From Pristiophorus japonicus (Eukaryota): 64,000 bases of DNA. The position numbers and the translations under genes were made by a program. Below the pieces are notes generated by a model. It was not told the DNA's origin. It made no database searches and saw nothing but the letters and a program-made list of their open reading frames with translations. Positions 50,549 through 64,000 of this stretch are shown here, one piece after another (the first letter of the stretch is position 1; each line of letters opens with the position of its first letter). The DNA is taken from contig NC_091997.1 of assembly GCF_044704955.1 (NCBI RefSeq), forward strand, positions 558,001-622,000, read 5' to 3'.

Positions 50549-52678
50549 GTAAGGTGCAGGGGGGAAGATCAGTTGCGGTAAGGGGGTGAGCATTTCTGCC
50601 TCACTAATCTCGCATTGCTAAATGCGGCTGGCAGGCACGGGCAGCGCCGCTAGCCCTGCAGGGGCGAGTTGCGTTGTCATTGTAAGGTGCATGGGACTCC
50701 GCCCAAAGCGGATCTGCAGGGCCCGGCTGTTGCTTCACATCTCACTCTTTTTGCACGAGTTTTCCCCTCCCTGAGGTCCTGTCGGTTTAATTGCAATTTT
50801 TTCCCTCACTGGTAGAATTCGGGCTAAAGACCACGAGTTGAAACATTGTGATCCCATCGGCAGCGACAGACAGATTGGGCCCGGTGAAACTGACACACAT
50901 CTCTCACTAACCATTTAATAATGATAATCACACTTCCGGTCATAGTCTGTTGGAGAAAAATCATTTCATCATCTGGTCAGCCGTGGCCCAGTGGGTCACA
51001 TTCTCGCCTCTTGAATTGGAAGGTCTCGGGTTCAAGTCCCACTCCAGAAACTTGAGCACGTAATCTAGGCTGACACTCCAGTGCAGTGCTTAGGGGAGCG
51101 GAGCGCTGGGGGAGGTGGTGTCTCTCGGATGAATGCGAGGCCCTGTCTGTCCTCTTGGGTGGATGTGAAAGATCCCATGGCATTATTTCGAAGAAGAGCA
51201 GGGGAATTCTTCCCCGTTCCCTAACCAATAATTATGCCTCAATCTAAAACAGATTATCTGGTCATTATCACATTGCTGTTTGTGGGATCTTGCTTTGCGC
51301 AACTTGGGTTGCCTCGATTCCCGACATTACCACAGTGATTACACTCCGAAAGTACTTCATTGGCTGTAAAGTGCCTTGGAACACCCTGAGGTCGTGAAAG
51401 GTGCTATATAAATGTAAATTCATTCTTTCGTACACTGTGTTTAAAGTGGGCGAGGTCTGTCTAGGTCCCTTGCTGTTCTGTTTATAGACACCCCTTTTTT
51501 AAAGAGAGTAACGCTCATTTTATTTCATTTCTTAATTGAAAAGGAACCTGTTTTCAAACATTGTGGTGTGATGGCACAGTCTGTGTTGCAATAATGTCGA
51601 TACCATTGCTTGTACTGTGATAGAGTTCCCCATGTGCCCCCATGCACCCCAGCCAAGTAACCATTCTCCATGCTTGAGCCTTGAACATGAGGGTCAGTAG
51701 GCTGAACAACTGCAGGGGGTATCACACTTGATCCTGTCCATGTGCACATTTTCAGCGGGGGTTGTTGGATAAGAATCAGAAGCTGGAAGGCTGACTCAAT
51801 TGTTTTCCCTTTAAGTCTGTGGCACTGAGGCCAATTATAGAACCATTACTGCTGCCTTGGCCAATTCAGTCATACCAGGCATTAGACCAAGGAGCTTCTG
51901 GACTGAATATCTTAGTACTGAAACTATATTAGCCCATTGGGAAAGATAAAAGTTCATTTAGTATAAATTTTCAAAATAAATGGATATGGCAACTTTGCCC
52001 TTGGATTAATAAAAGTAAACGGTGAGTTTATTTTAATCATTCTCTGGATGTGGGCATCGCTGGCAAGGCTGGTATTTGTTGCTCTTGAGAAGGTGGCGGT
52101 GAGCCGCTGCCTTGAACTGCTGGAGTCCATGTGGTGAAGGTACTCCCACAGTGCTGTCAGGGAGGGAGTTCCAGGATTTTGACCTAGCGACAATGAAGGA
52201 ACGGTGATATATGCCCAAGTTTGGATGGTGTGTGACTTGGAGGAGTAGGCAGGTGCTTGAGCCTTTATGTGCTGTAAATACTATGTATGCATGTAATACT
52301 GACTTTATTCTTGTTTTCAAATCCCTCCATGGCCTTGCCCCTCCCTATCTCTGTAATCTCCTCCAGTCCCACAACCCCCCGAGATATCTGCGCTCCTCCA
52401 ATTCTGGCCTCTTGAGCATCCCTGATTGTAATTGCTTCCCGTTGGTGGTCATGACTTCAGCTGCCAAGAACCTAAGCTCTGGAATTTCCTGCCTAAACCT
52501 CCCTGCCCCTCTCCCTCTCTTTTCTCCTTTAAGACATACCTTAAAACCTACCTCTTTGAATAAACTGCTGGTCATCTTATCCAGCGCAGTGTCAAATTTA
52601 CTTTTATAACACTCCTGTGAAGTGCCTTGGGAATTTTTGCCACGTTAAAGGAGCTATATAAATACAAGTTGTTGTTAG

Positions 52679-52948
<270 letters not shown>

Positions 52949-52949
52949 T

Positions 52950-53500
52950 AGGGCCTTGCCACACCTGGAATACTGCGTGCAGTTTTTGGTTTCCATATTT
53001 ACGAAATTATATACTTGCTTTGGAGGCAGTTCAGAGAAGGTTCACTCGGTTGATTCCGGGGATGAGGGGGTTGACTTGTGAAGAAAGGTTGAGTAGGTTG
53101 GGCCTCTACTTAATGGAATCCAGAAGAATGAGAGGTGATCTTATCGAAACGTATAAGATTATGAGGGGGCTTGACAAGGTAGATGCAGAGAGGATATTTC
53201 CACTGATGGGGGAGACTAGAACTAGAGGGCATGACCTTAGAATAATGGGCCGCCCATTTAAAACAGAGATGAGGAGGAATTTCTTCTGAGGGTTGTCAAT
53301 CTGTGGAATTCGTTGCCTCAGAGAGCTGTGGAAGCTGGGACATTGAATAAATTTAAGACATAAATATTCTTATAAGGTAGGGGGATAAGGGGTTATGGGG
53401 AACGGGCGGGGAAGTGGAGCTGAGTCCATGATATTGAATGGCGGAGCAGGCTCGAGGGGCCGTATGGCCTACTCCTGCTCCTATTTCTTATGTTCTTATA
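52950..53500 (+). mobile_element. CR1 3' fragment in an SCRN2 intron
   Basis: EAVQRRFTRLIPGM...EMRRNFF followed by a CR1 tail. Confidence 0.9.
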
Positions 53501-55908
53501 TGGAATCTGAACAGTAGTTTATTGATTATAAATAAAAACACAACATGCTGGAAACACTCAGCAGGCCAGGTGGCATCTGTGGAGAGAGAAAGGTAGGATT
53601 AATATTTCAGGTGGTGCGGGAGGGGAGGGAGACAAAAGTAAAGTAGAAAGAGAGAAGTCTTTGCAGACTTGCCAGTGCCAGTTTCCTTGGCTGGAGGGCT
53701 GTGAGAGCTAAAAGTTTTTGTTGTTACCCAGTTTGGAAAAAAAATTGAGAATGAGATAGTTTTGTTCAAATTTATTGTCTGGAATCACAATTGGCTTGAC
53801 AGGGATTTGAGAGAAGGTGTGGGGCATTGCGTGTGTAGGGCACATGGGTAGGGAATGTATATGGGTGGGCATTTGGTGTCTACCATCATTTTGCCAGTAC
53901 ACAGTATAAATAAGTTCAAGAGACAAATGCATTTTTGAAACAAGGTGGGATATAGATGCAAACAGATGGACTTGAGAAATATTTGTTGAGTCTAATGGCT
54001 TTTTCAAGTTGCTAAAATAATGTTATTGCTTAAATTTAGTTTCAAAATCTTATGTCATCATCTAGTATCCAGATGCATACAATCTCTCGTAACATTCTCT
54101 GATACAGAATTACCTGATACAACCCCGGAAGTTGCGATGAGCCACAGTACTGCATGAATATTTTCATTCCTGGGATGTGGCGCCGCTGGCAAGGCTGGCA
54201 TTTATTGCCCATTCCTAATTGCCCTTGAGAAGGTGGTGGTGAGCTGCCGCCTTGAACCGCTGCAGTCCGTGTGGTGAAGGTGCTCCCACAGTGCAGTTAG
54301 GGAGGGAGTTCCAAGATTTTCACCCAGAGATGATGAAGGAACGGTAATATATTTCCAAGTCAGGATGGTGTGTATCTTGGAGGGGAACTTTCAGGTGATG
54401 GTGCTCCCATGTGCCTGCTGCCCTTGTCCTTCTAGGTGGTAAAGGTCATGGGTTTGGGAGATGCTGCAGTGCATCTTGTAGATGGTACACACTGTAGCCA
54501 CGTACACCGATGGTGGAGGGAGTGAATGTTTAACATGGTGAATGGGATGCCAATCAAATGGGCAGCTTTATCCTGAATGGTGTTGAGTTTCTAGAGTGTT
54601 GTTGGAGTTGCACTCATCCAGGCAAGTGTGCCTTGTAGATGGTGGAAAGGCTTTGGGAGCCAGGAGGTGAGACAGTTTCTGGTCAATGGTAACACCCAGG
54701 ATGTTGATGGTGGGGAACCCGATGATGGTAATACCGTTGAATGTCGAGGGGAGGTGGTTAGATTCTCACTTGTTGGAGATGGTCATTGCTTGGCGTGAAT
54801 GTTACTTGTCACTTATCAGCCTGAATGTCATCCAGGTCTTGCAGCATTTGGTCATGAGCTGTTTCATTATCTGAGCAGTTGTGAATGGAACTGAACACTA
54901 TGTAATCATCAGCAAACATCCCCACTTCTGACCTTTATGAAGGAGGGAAGGTCATTGATGAAGCAGCATTGATGGTTGGGTCTAGGACATTGCCCTGAGG
55001 AACTCCTGCAGCGATGTCCTGGGGCTGAGATGATTGACCTCCAATAGCCACAACCATCTTCCTTTGTGCTAGGTATAACTCCAGCCAGTGGAGAGTTACC
55101 CCTGATTCCGATTGACTTCAGTTTAACTAGGGCTTCTTGATGCCACACTCAGTCAAATGCTGCCTTGATATATATCATGGGCAGTCACTCTCACCTCACC
55201 TCTGGAATTCAGATCTTGTGTCCATGTTTGGACCAAGGCTGTAATGAGGTCTGGAGCCGAGTGGTCCTGGTGCAACCCAAATTGAGCATCGGTGAGCAGG
55301 TTACTGGTGAGTAAGTGTCGCTCGATAGCACTGTCGACAATACCTTCCATCATTTTTCTGATGATTGAGAGTAGACTGATGGGGCGGTAATTTAGTCGGA
55401 TTGGATTTATCCTGCTTTTTGTGGACGGGACAAACCCAAGTAATTTTCCGCATTGTCGGGTAGATGCCACTGTTGTAGCTAAGCTGGAACAGTTTGGCTA
55501 GAGGTACAGCTAGTCCTGGAGCACAAGTCTTCAGCATGACAACGGGATGTTGTCGGGGCCCATAACCTTTGCTGTACCCAGTGCGCTCAGCCGTTTCTTG
55601 ATATCACGTGGAGTGAATCGAATTGGCTGAAGACTGGCTTCTGTGATGGTGGGGACCTGAGAAGGAGGCCATTATAGATCATCCACTCGGCACTTCTGGT
55701 TGAAGATGGTTGCAAATGCTTCAGCCTTATCATTTGCACTCACATGCTGGGCTCCACCAACATTGATGATGGGGATATTCATGGAGCCTCCTCGTCCATT
55801 TGTTTAATGGTCCACCAGCATTCACGACTGGATGTGGCAGGACTGCAGAGCTTTGATCTGATCCGTTGATTGTGGGATCGCTTAGCCCTGTCTATGATGC
55901 CTTCTCCT

Positions 55909-58900
55909 GATCCCAGCATCCCTTGGGACTCCAATAGGTAGGCCCTCTGGTGGTGGTGTGATACAGGTTGCCAAGGGTTAAATACATAACATCACTGCCT
56001 TGTAAAGTTAATAGTACACTTATTTACAGGGTGAGACGATCTGGGGCTTTTTGCTCCCTTGTCGATCGTCTCGGTACAAATGTGGATGAGTTGGTTAATT
56101 CTTCACTGGGCTGCTGGGCAGCCGGCCTTGCCGGGCTGCTGGGGTTGGTGAGTTCAGCTTCGTGGTCAACCATGATGTCGGTTGCCACTTGTGTGTGTGT
56201 TGGAGGGTCAAAGTTGGTGGTGTCTTCTTCGGGTTGTTCGTATCTGTTGGTGAACCGCAATTTGATTAGGTCTGCACGTTAGTCCATTGGCCAATTTGAC
56301 CGGAAATACCTTACTCCCTTCTTTGGCTATGACTGTGCCAGCGAGCCATTTGGGACCATGTCCATAATTGAGTACAAACACAGGATCATTGACCTCAATA
56401 TCGTGTGACAAATTTACACGGTCATGGTACATGCTTTGTTGATGCCGCCTGCCCTCCATGTGATCATGGAGATCAGGTTGGACAAGGGAGGGCCTTGTTT
56501 TGAGCGCCCTTTTCATGAGCAGCTCGGCTGGGGGAACCACATGGATCCTCGACCACGGTTTGGAGGGCCACGACCAGAAACTTAGCGGTGCCTCTCTGGG
56601 TGCATTGCTCAGCTGAGAGTAAGTGTTGCACTGGCGCACTCATGACTCTAAATCTGAGTCGATGCCAGGCCACCATACATGGGATCTGGCTATAGCTTTC
56701 ATCATTACAATGCCTGGGTGGGTGCTGTGTAGGTCACAAATGAATGTTTCTCTGCCTTTCTTGGGCAAGACCACACAATTACCCCACAACAGACAGTCCA
56801 CCTGCAAGGACATTTCGTCTTTGGGCCTGTGGAACGGCTTAATCGCCTCCTGCATCTCCGCTGGGACGCTGGACCAGCTCCCATGGAGGACACAGTTTTT
56901 TTTAACCAAGGACAGTAAAGGATCCTGGCTGGTCCAGGTCCTGATCTGGCGGGCCGTAACGGGTGACTTTTTGTTTTCAAATGCATCCATTACCAAGTCC
57001 GCAGGCTGTGCCATTTCCACCCCGGTAGTGGGCAATGGTAGCCGACTGAGAGCATCAGTGCAGTTCTCTTTGCCCGGTCTGTGGCGGGTTACATAGTTGT
57101 ATGCTGACAGCGTGAGCGCCCATCTTTGGATTCGGGCAGAGACATTGGTGTTAATCCCTTTGCTCTCAGAGAACAGCGATATGAGCGGCTTGTGGTCAGT
57201 TTCAAGCTTAAACTTGAGGTCAAACAATTACTGGTGCATTTTTTTCACCCCGTAAACGCACGCCAGAGCCTCTTTTTCAATCATGCTGTAGGTCCTTTCG
57301 GCCTTGGACAGACTCCTGGACGCATAAGCGACCGGTTGCAAAACCCCTGATTCGTTAGCCTATTATAACACACACACCTGACCCTGTATGACGACGTATC
57401 GCAAGCTAGCACTAATCGTTTACATGGGTTAAAAAGGACAAGCAGTTTGTTTGAACACAACAGATTTCTGGCTTTCTCAAAGGCAGCCTCTTGCGAATTC
57501 CCCCATACCCAGTTGTCTCCCTTGTGCAGTAGCACATGTAGGGGTTCTAGCAGGGTGCTTAACCCGGGTAGGAAATTACTGAAATAGTTGAGGAGTCCCA
57601 GGAACAACCACAGATCCGTCACATTCTGTGGTCTCGGCGTGTTCTTGATGGCCTCCGTCTTGGCATTGGTGGGTCTGATGCCGTGTGCTGCGATTCTTCT
57701 TCCCAAGAACTCGACCTCCGGCGCCAGGAAAACACACTTCGAGCGTTTCAACCCGAGTCCCACGCGATCTAACCGACTAAGAACCTCTTCCAGATTCTTC
57801 AAGTGTTCAATGGTGTCCCGACCTGTAACCAGTATGTCGTCCTGGAAAACCACGGTGTGAGGGACTGACTTTAGCAGGCTCTCCATGTTCTGTTAGAAGA
57901 TTGCCGCGGCTGATCGAATCCCGAATGGGCATCTGTTATAGATGAACAGACTTTTGTGCGTGTTAATGCAGGTGAGGCCTTTCGAAGATTCCTCCAGATC
58001 CAACTTGGTGAACGTCTTCCCTCCAGCCAGGGTCGCAAATAGGTCGTCTGCCTTGGGTAGCGGGTACTGATCCTGTAGCGAAAAACGGTTAATTGTTACT
58101 TTATAGTCCCCACAAATTCTGACCGTGCCATCACTTTTAAGTACCAGGACAATCGGACTGGCCCACTTGTTGAATTCCACCAGCGCGATGATGCCTTCTC
58201 TCTGCAGCCTGTCCAGCTCAATTTCCACTTTCTCTCGCATCATATACGGTACCACCCGTGCCTTGTGGTGGATGGGTCGCGTACCAGGAACCAAATGGAT
58301 CTGCACTTTCGCCCCCGAGAAGGTTCCAATGCCTGGCTCGAACAACGATGGAATTCTGCTCAGAACCTGGGCACATGAGGCGTCATCGATGGATGAAAGC
58401 GCTTGGATGTCGTCCCAGTTCCAGCGGCTTTTTCCCAGCCAGCTTCTGCCAAACAGTATGGGGCCATCCCCTGGCACAATCCACAGTGGGCGTTCATGCA
58501 CTGCTCCATCTTAGGAGATTTTGACTTCTGCACCGCCAATTACAGTGATCAGTTCCTTGGTGTAAGTTCTTAGTTTGGTGTGAATGGGGCTGAGCTTGGG
58601 CCTATGTGCCTTGTTGCACCACAGCCTGTCGAAGGCCTTTTTGCTCATTATGGACTGACTTGCCCCCGTGTCCAGTTCCATGGATACTGGAATTCCGTTC
58701 AGTTCAACTTTTAACATTATTGGTGGATATTTCATGGTAAAGGTGTGTACCCCATACACTTGTGCCTCCTCGGTTCGAGTCTCCAATTCAGCCTGATCCA
58801 CATTGGATCGATCTTGCTCTGCAATGTGGTGGTTTGCAGGGTTTGCAGCTCGCCTGCACATTTGCTGGAGGTGTCCCATTGTTCTGCAACCGTTGCACAT

Positions 58901-59720
58901 AGTGCTTGAAGCGGCATTGATGGGGCCGATCACCTCCAACGCCAACAATGTGTTAACTGCCTCGCATTAACGATGGATGGTGGAATCTGGGTCATCTGAG
59001 GTCGGCTCGAAGGGCCGAATGGCCTACTCCTGCACCTATTTTCTATGTTTCTATGGCCAATGCCAAGCACAAAAATGTGTCTCAGCATTTGTTCTAGGAA
59101 TCCATCAAATTCGCAGTGTCCTGCGAGGCGCCTTAGTTCGGTGATGTAGCTCGCCACTTCCTGGCCCTCTGATCGTTGACACGTGTGGAACCGATACCTC
59201 GCCATCAAAACGCTTTCTTTAGGATTTAGGTGCTCCAGGACCAGCGTACACAATTCTTCGTAGGATTTAGTTGTTGGTTTTACTGGAGCTAGAAGATTCT
59301 TTGTGAGGCCATAGGTTGTTGCCCCTCAGACAGTAAGGAGGATCACCCCTCATTTGGCAGCGTTCTCGTCCTCTTCCAACTCGTTGGCCATGAAGTATTG
59401 GTCGAGTCTCTCCACAAAGGCCTCCCAATCGTCCTCTTCTGAGAACTTCTCCAGGATACCAACTGTTCTTTGCATTTTCGCGCGGTTGTTCATTATCTCG
59501 TCGCCAATTGATAAGCTCATAATAAAGGATGAAGCTGAGTACTGTGAGCAATGAGTAAGTGTGACCTTAGCTCCTTTAATAAGACTCCAGAGTTCAGGTA
59601 CCGTGTGGGTGGCCGCCTTATTTACAGTGCTCCCAAGGGATGCTGGGATCCCTTGGGACTCCAACAGGTAGGCCCTCTGGTGGTGGTGTGATATAGGTTG
59701 CAAGGGTTAAATACATAACA
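55909..59720 (-). mobile_element. Ty3/Gypsy LTR retrotransposon (Mag-like), decayed, in an SCRN2 intron
   Basis: Domain order is gag (WEAFVERLDQYF, CCHC remnant), protease (LDTGAS), RT (WASPIV, RICGDYK, PFG, FQDD), RNase H (TDHKPL, DALSR), integrase (HPGI, WWPGI, WSRIH). 5' LTR at 59509-59720 has TG...CA ends and is followed by PBS TGGCGACGAG. A partial 3' LTR lies at 55909-55991. Many stops and frameshifts. Confidence 0.93.
59497..59506 (-). other. Primer-binding site of the Gypsy element (TGGCGACGAG)
   Basis: Starts 2 nt after the LTR's terminal CA. From recalled tRNA sequence it is complementary to the 3' end of tRNA-Ser(GCT) (...CTCGTCGCCA). Confidence 0.7.
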
Positions 59721-61152
59721 TCTCTGCACTCCTCATTGAACCAAGGCTGTTCCCCTGCTTGATAGTAATGGTAAAGTGAGGGATATGCCGGGCCATGAGG
59801 TTACAGATTATGGTGGAATACAGTTCTGCTGTTGCTGATGGCCCACAGTGCCTCATGGATGCTCAGTTTTGAGCTGCTAGATCTTAACATGTTTATTTAA
59901 AATTTCTCTCCCGACTAGTTTAATGGAGGTATTAATCCATTTAGGCCAACTACACTGTTAAAATAGCAGAGAGAGGAATTTGCAGCAACCACATTAAACA
60001 TCCGTACAATATATCACTTACAGTATTTTCTAGGCTTTGATGTATATCAATGGCTCCCTGTTAATTGAGATCTCAAGTTCAATACTGTCTTTGTTACACG
60101 ATTGCGTTTTCTATGTACCATTTTTTCTGGCAATTGTTCAAGGCTTCTTTACTAATTGAGAAACCACTTAAAATGCCCCTTGTTATAATGTGATATTTGT
60201 GCAGCTGTTCCATCCTGTTGTACAGGAGTTTAAATCCTGTGGATATTCTGGGTTGTTCTGTGGAAAAAGAAATTGTGAATGTCCCCACCCCAATCACTGG
60301 GAGTAACTGAGTTGGAATGTCTGTAGAGTTCACAATGAAACCCAGCTTCAAATTCAATGTCGAGAGACACCAGAATATCCATGGAAGGATGGAAAAACAT
60401 GGGTGTGTTTTTTCTTTCATGGCAACAGAATTGTACAAGGGACTTCTATTTGTCCATGTGGCTACCTTCCTTCTTGGACAGTATGATGCAACAGTCATGC
60501 AAGTTTCCAAAACACTGCAGTGAATGTATAACTGTGTGCAGCAGAAAAAACAACCCAGATAGTACTCCCTCTATTAAGTTCCTTAATACACAGGAACAGG
60601 AGTGGGCCATTCAGCCTCTCGAGCCTGTTCTAAGATTCAATTCGATTGCGGCTGATCTGTATCTCGGCTCAATTTACCTGCCTTGATTCCATAACCCTTA
60701 GTCCCCTTATCTAATAAAAATCTATCCATCTCAATTTCGTAATTTGTCAATTGACCTAGCCTCAACATTTTTTTCAGGGTGGGGGGAGGGAAGCGACTTT
60801 CAGATTTCCAATACCCTTTGTGTGAAGAAGTGTTTACTGACATCACCCCTGAATGGCCTAGCTCTAACTTTGTTATACCCCCTTGTTCTGGATTGCTCCA
60901 CCAGAGGAATTTGTTTCTATCTCCCTGATAAGATACTTTAATCATCTTAAAACCACTCGATTAAACCACCCCATTAGCTTCTGGAAGGTACCATGGCACC
61001 CTGCTTTGCAGTAGGTTGGCATATTGCAATTCAAATAAGTATACTTCTCACCCCCCTCTTCCCCCTCCCCCCTCCCCTCCCTTGAGTGCCCATTTTGGAA
61101 GAACGGACTATATTTGTTATAGATCATATTTCAATTTTTTTTTATTGAATAG

Positions 61153-61335
<183 letters not shown>

Positions 61336-62009
61336 TAGAAACTTCCTTTCTATTTTGTGTTGCTTTGCACTCATGTCATTAGAGTGTTAAATATTAATTA
61401 AGGTGCAGATCAATTTTTCCATTAAAAATAAATGTTTTAAAATCACTGGAATAAACTTGTGCCAGCTTTAATGTGTTTGAACTTCTGGAGCTTGGCACGA
61501 TTGATTCCCATTGATGGGTTTAAATTTGAACTTAACCCGTGACCTTTGAACTCCGAAACTGACCAAGCTTCAGTTTTGAGCTCAACAACTTTATGTGATG
61601 CTCCCTGACAGTGGGAGGTTCCATCTCAGAATCGTTGGCACCATTGGCTTTTGATATATATCCTTTATTACTGAAAACAGGAAATGCTTAGAAATAACTA
61701 TTGGTGATTGTTTTTTTTCTTGGGATGCAGGCAACTTTCGCAAGCCAGTTTTTTCTATCCCTGGTTGAACTGGGGGCATTGAGAGTCAGCCATGTAGTGT
61801 GGGAATGGAGTCACGTATAGACCAGACAGGGTAGGGGTGTAAGTTCCCTTCCTGAAGAACATTAGTGAACCAGTTGAGTTTGTACAACAATCTGGTAGCT
61901 TGATTTTTTTCAGATTTATTGAATTCAATTTCACAACATGGCATGATAGGATTATTTCTTATGTATGCTGGGTTGCTAGTCCAGTAACATAACCACTGGG
62001 CTACCAAAC

Positions 62010-62540
62010 CAGTATAAGAGTAAAGACATCTTATTGCAATTATATAGGGGCCTGGTGAGACCGCACCTGGAGTATTGTGCACAGTTTTGGTCTCCTTACC
62101 TAAGAAAGGATATAATTGCCGTAGAGGGAGTGCAACGAAGGTTCACCAAACTGATTCCTGAGATGGGGGGGGATTGTCCTATGAGGAGAGATTGAGCAGA
62201 CTAGGCCGATATTCTCTAGAGTTTAGAAGACTGAGAGGTGATCTCATTGAAACGTACACAATTCTTACAGGGCTTGACACGGTAGATGCAGGGAGGATGT
62301 TTCCTCTGGTTGGGGAATCTAGAACAAGGGGTCACAGTGCTGAATCTCTGGAATTCTCTACCCCTAAGGGCCGTGGAGGCTCAGTCCTTGAGTATATTCA
62401 AGACAGAGATCGACAGATTTTTGAATATTAAGGGTATGGGGATAGTGCAGGAAAGTAGAGTTGAGGTAGAAGATTGAATGGCCGAGCAGGCTCGAGGGTC
62501 CATATTGCTTACTCCTGCTCCTAATTCTTACGTTCTTGTA
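62010..62540 (+). mobile_element. CR1 3' fragment in an SCRN2 intron
   Basis: YEERLSRLG...LEFRRLRGDLIE. Additional short CR1 tails at about 16327-16700, 28615-28950, 38945-39410, 49195-49410 and 60590-60950. Confidence 0.85.
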
Positions 62541-62924
62541 CCCTAAATATATCATGTGAAATTCCTTTATCTGTTACTTTAGTGCAGACATTAAATCATT
62601 TAAAATAAATGAGTTAACACCTGTGTTAAAATAGACAGAGGGAAGCAATTTGGGACATCCTGAGGTTGTGAAAGGTGCTATATAAATATCATTCTTGTTA
62701 AGCATTCATCTGTTAATCTACCTGATGATAAAAGTGTTGGACAAGCTTTTTGAATTTTGTTTTTAAATACATCACAATAATGTAATCTGGATCAAAAGGC
62801 CTCACTGGAGTATTTGTATGCGACATTATAACGAACCTGATACCTGTATACACGCTTCTTCTTCTTTCTCTCTGAAGAAAGGTTTGCCAAACAATTTTCC
62901 TTGCTGTTACTGTGCATGGTGTAG

Positions 62925-63296
<372 letters not shown>

Positions 63297-64000
63297 TAGT
63301 CATTGCTGTACCAAAGTAAAACTCCAATACATTTCACTAACAAATAACTCATCTTTGATACCAAAACTGCCACATGGTTATGTGATGTCTCTTCTAGCCA
63401 CTTTTCCAAAAAGTAACTTACAAAGTATGATTCCCACTATCGGATCAGTGACTGACTCATAACTGATTAAAACTATGCCAACCTTTTATATCAGGAGGCA
63501 TGTTATATCGCTTCTATAAAGCTTAAGTGTCTTGGTCCCAGTATCCTCCATAATACAATATATTCTCGGTCTGGTCCCTCTACATAATCGTAGCAATCTT
63601 TGCATTCTGTCATTTCTTTACATGTCTGAACCACCCAGAGGTGACACATTACTTGATTGTAGACAAGAGAGAGGCTGGGAGGTACTTGGTGATTTGGCCC
63701 AATACCATGTTGCTCAGTTCAGGTTTATTTTGTTTTTTTCTAAGCCTCTATAGAGTCTAGAAATGCCTATAGATTGGGTCTTAGAAGAGCCATTACTGAC
63801 AGTAACAATATTTGCTTAATTCTGCCCTGTGATTTCACTGTTTGGCTACCATGGGGTAAAATTGTTCCAGTAGTATCGAAGTTTCATGCAAACTGAGTTT
63901 GGTTTGCAAAAAGATTTCCTTGTTTTCCATATCCTGTCCAGCTTGTAGCAGATAGGAGATACTAGAGCAGTTCTTCTTGATCACAACTTGCATGTACAGA

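Larger units (their letters stand above)
54165..59882 (-). mobile_element. CR1/L2-group LINE (3' part of ORF2 plus tail), split by the Gypsy insertion; pieces at about 54165-55908 and 59721-59882
   Basis: RT motifs (LAVPLAKLFQ, NYRPISLLSII, QFG). The 3' tail is shared with fragments at 520-678/2260-2438, 34365-34500, 47165-47515, 48690-48990 and 52040-52240. Confidence 0.8.

Overview
Vertebrate nuclear DNA, most likely a cartilaginous fish (shark or ray). This taxon is inferred from the repeat content: dense CR1 and L2 LINEs, Deu-domain SacSINE1-like SINEs, RTE-BovB-like LINEs and Penelope fragments. Two host genes lie in tandem on the + strand. The first is the zinc-finger transcription factor Sp6 (epiprofin), with its coding exon at 30822-32017 and a candidate promoter/first exon near 26.5 kb. 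The second is the 5' part of secernin-2 (SCRN2), with a candidate non-coding exon near 50.4 kb and coding exons at 52703-52876, 61153-61334 and 62981-63180; the gene continues beyond the window. This is the same order and orientation as the human SP6-SCRN2 pair. Most of the remainder is nested, decayed transposable elements, including a Gypsy LTR element in an SCRN2 intron, hAT- and Harbinger-like MITEs with visible target-site duplications (TSDs), and two G-rich minisatellites on opposite strands. I found no convincing wholly new biological system. The best leads are a degenerate Sp box in this Sp6, a ~145-bp target duplication around an RTE LINE, an LTR truncated at a hairpin whose loop is inverted, repeated CR1 insertion at CAT microhomologies, and an apparently CpG-retaining domain around Sp6. 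Family names come from motif recognition only, with no database search, and repeat boundaries are approximate unless a TSD or TIR is quoted.
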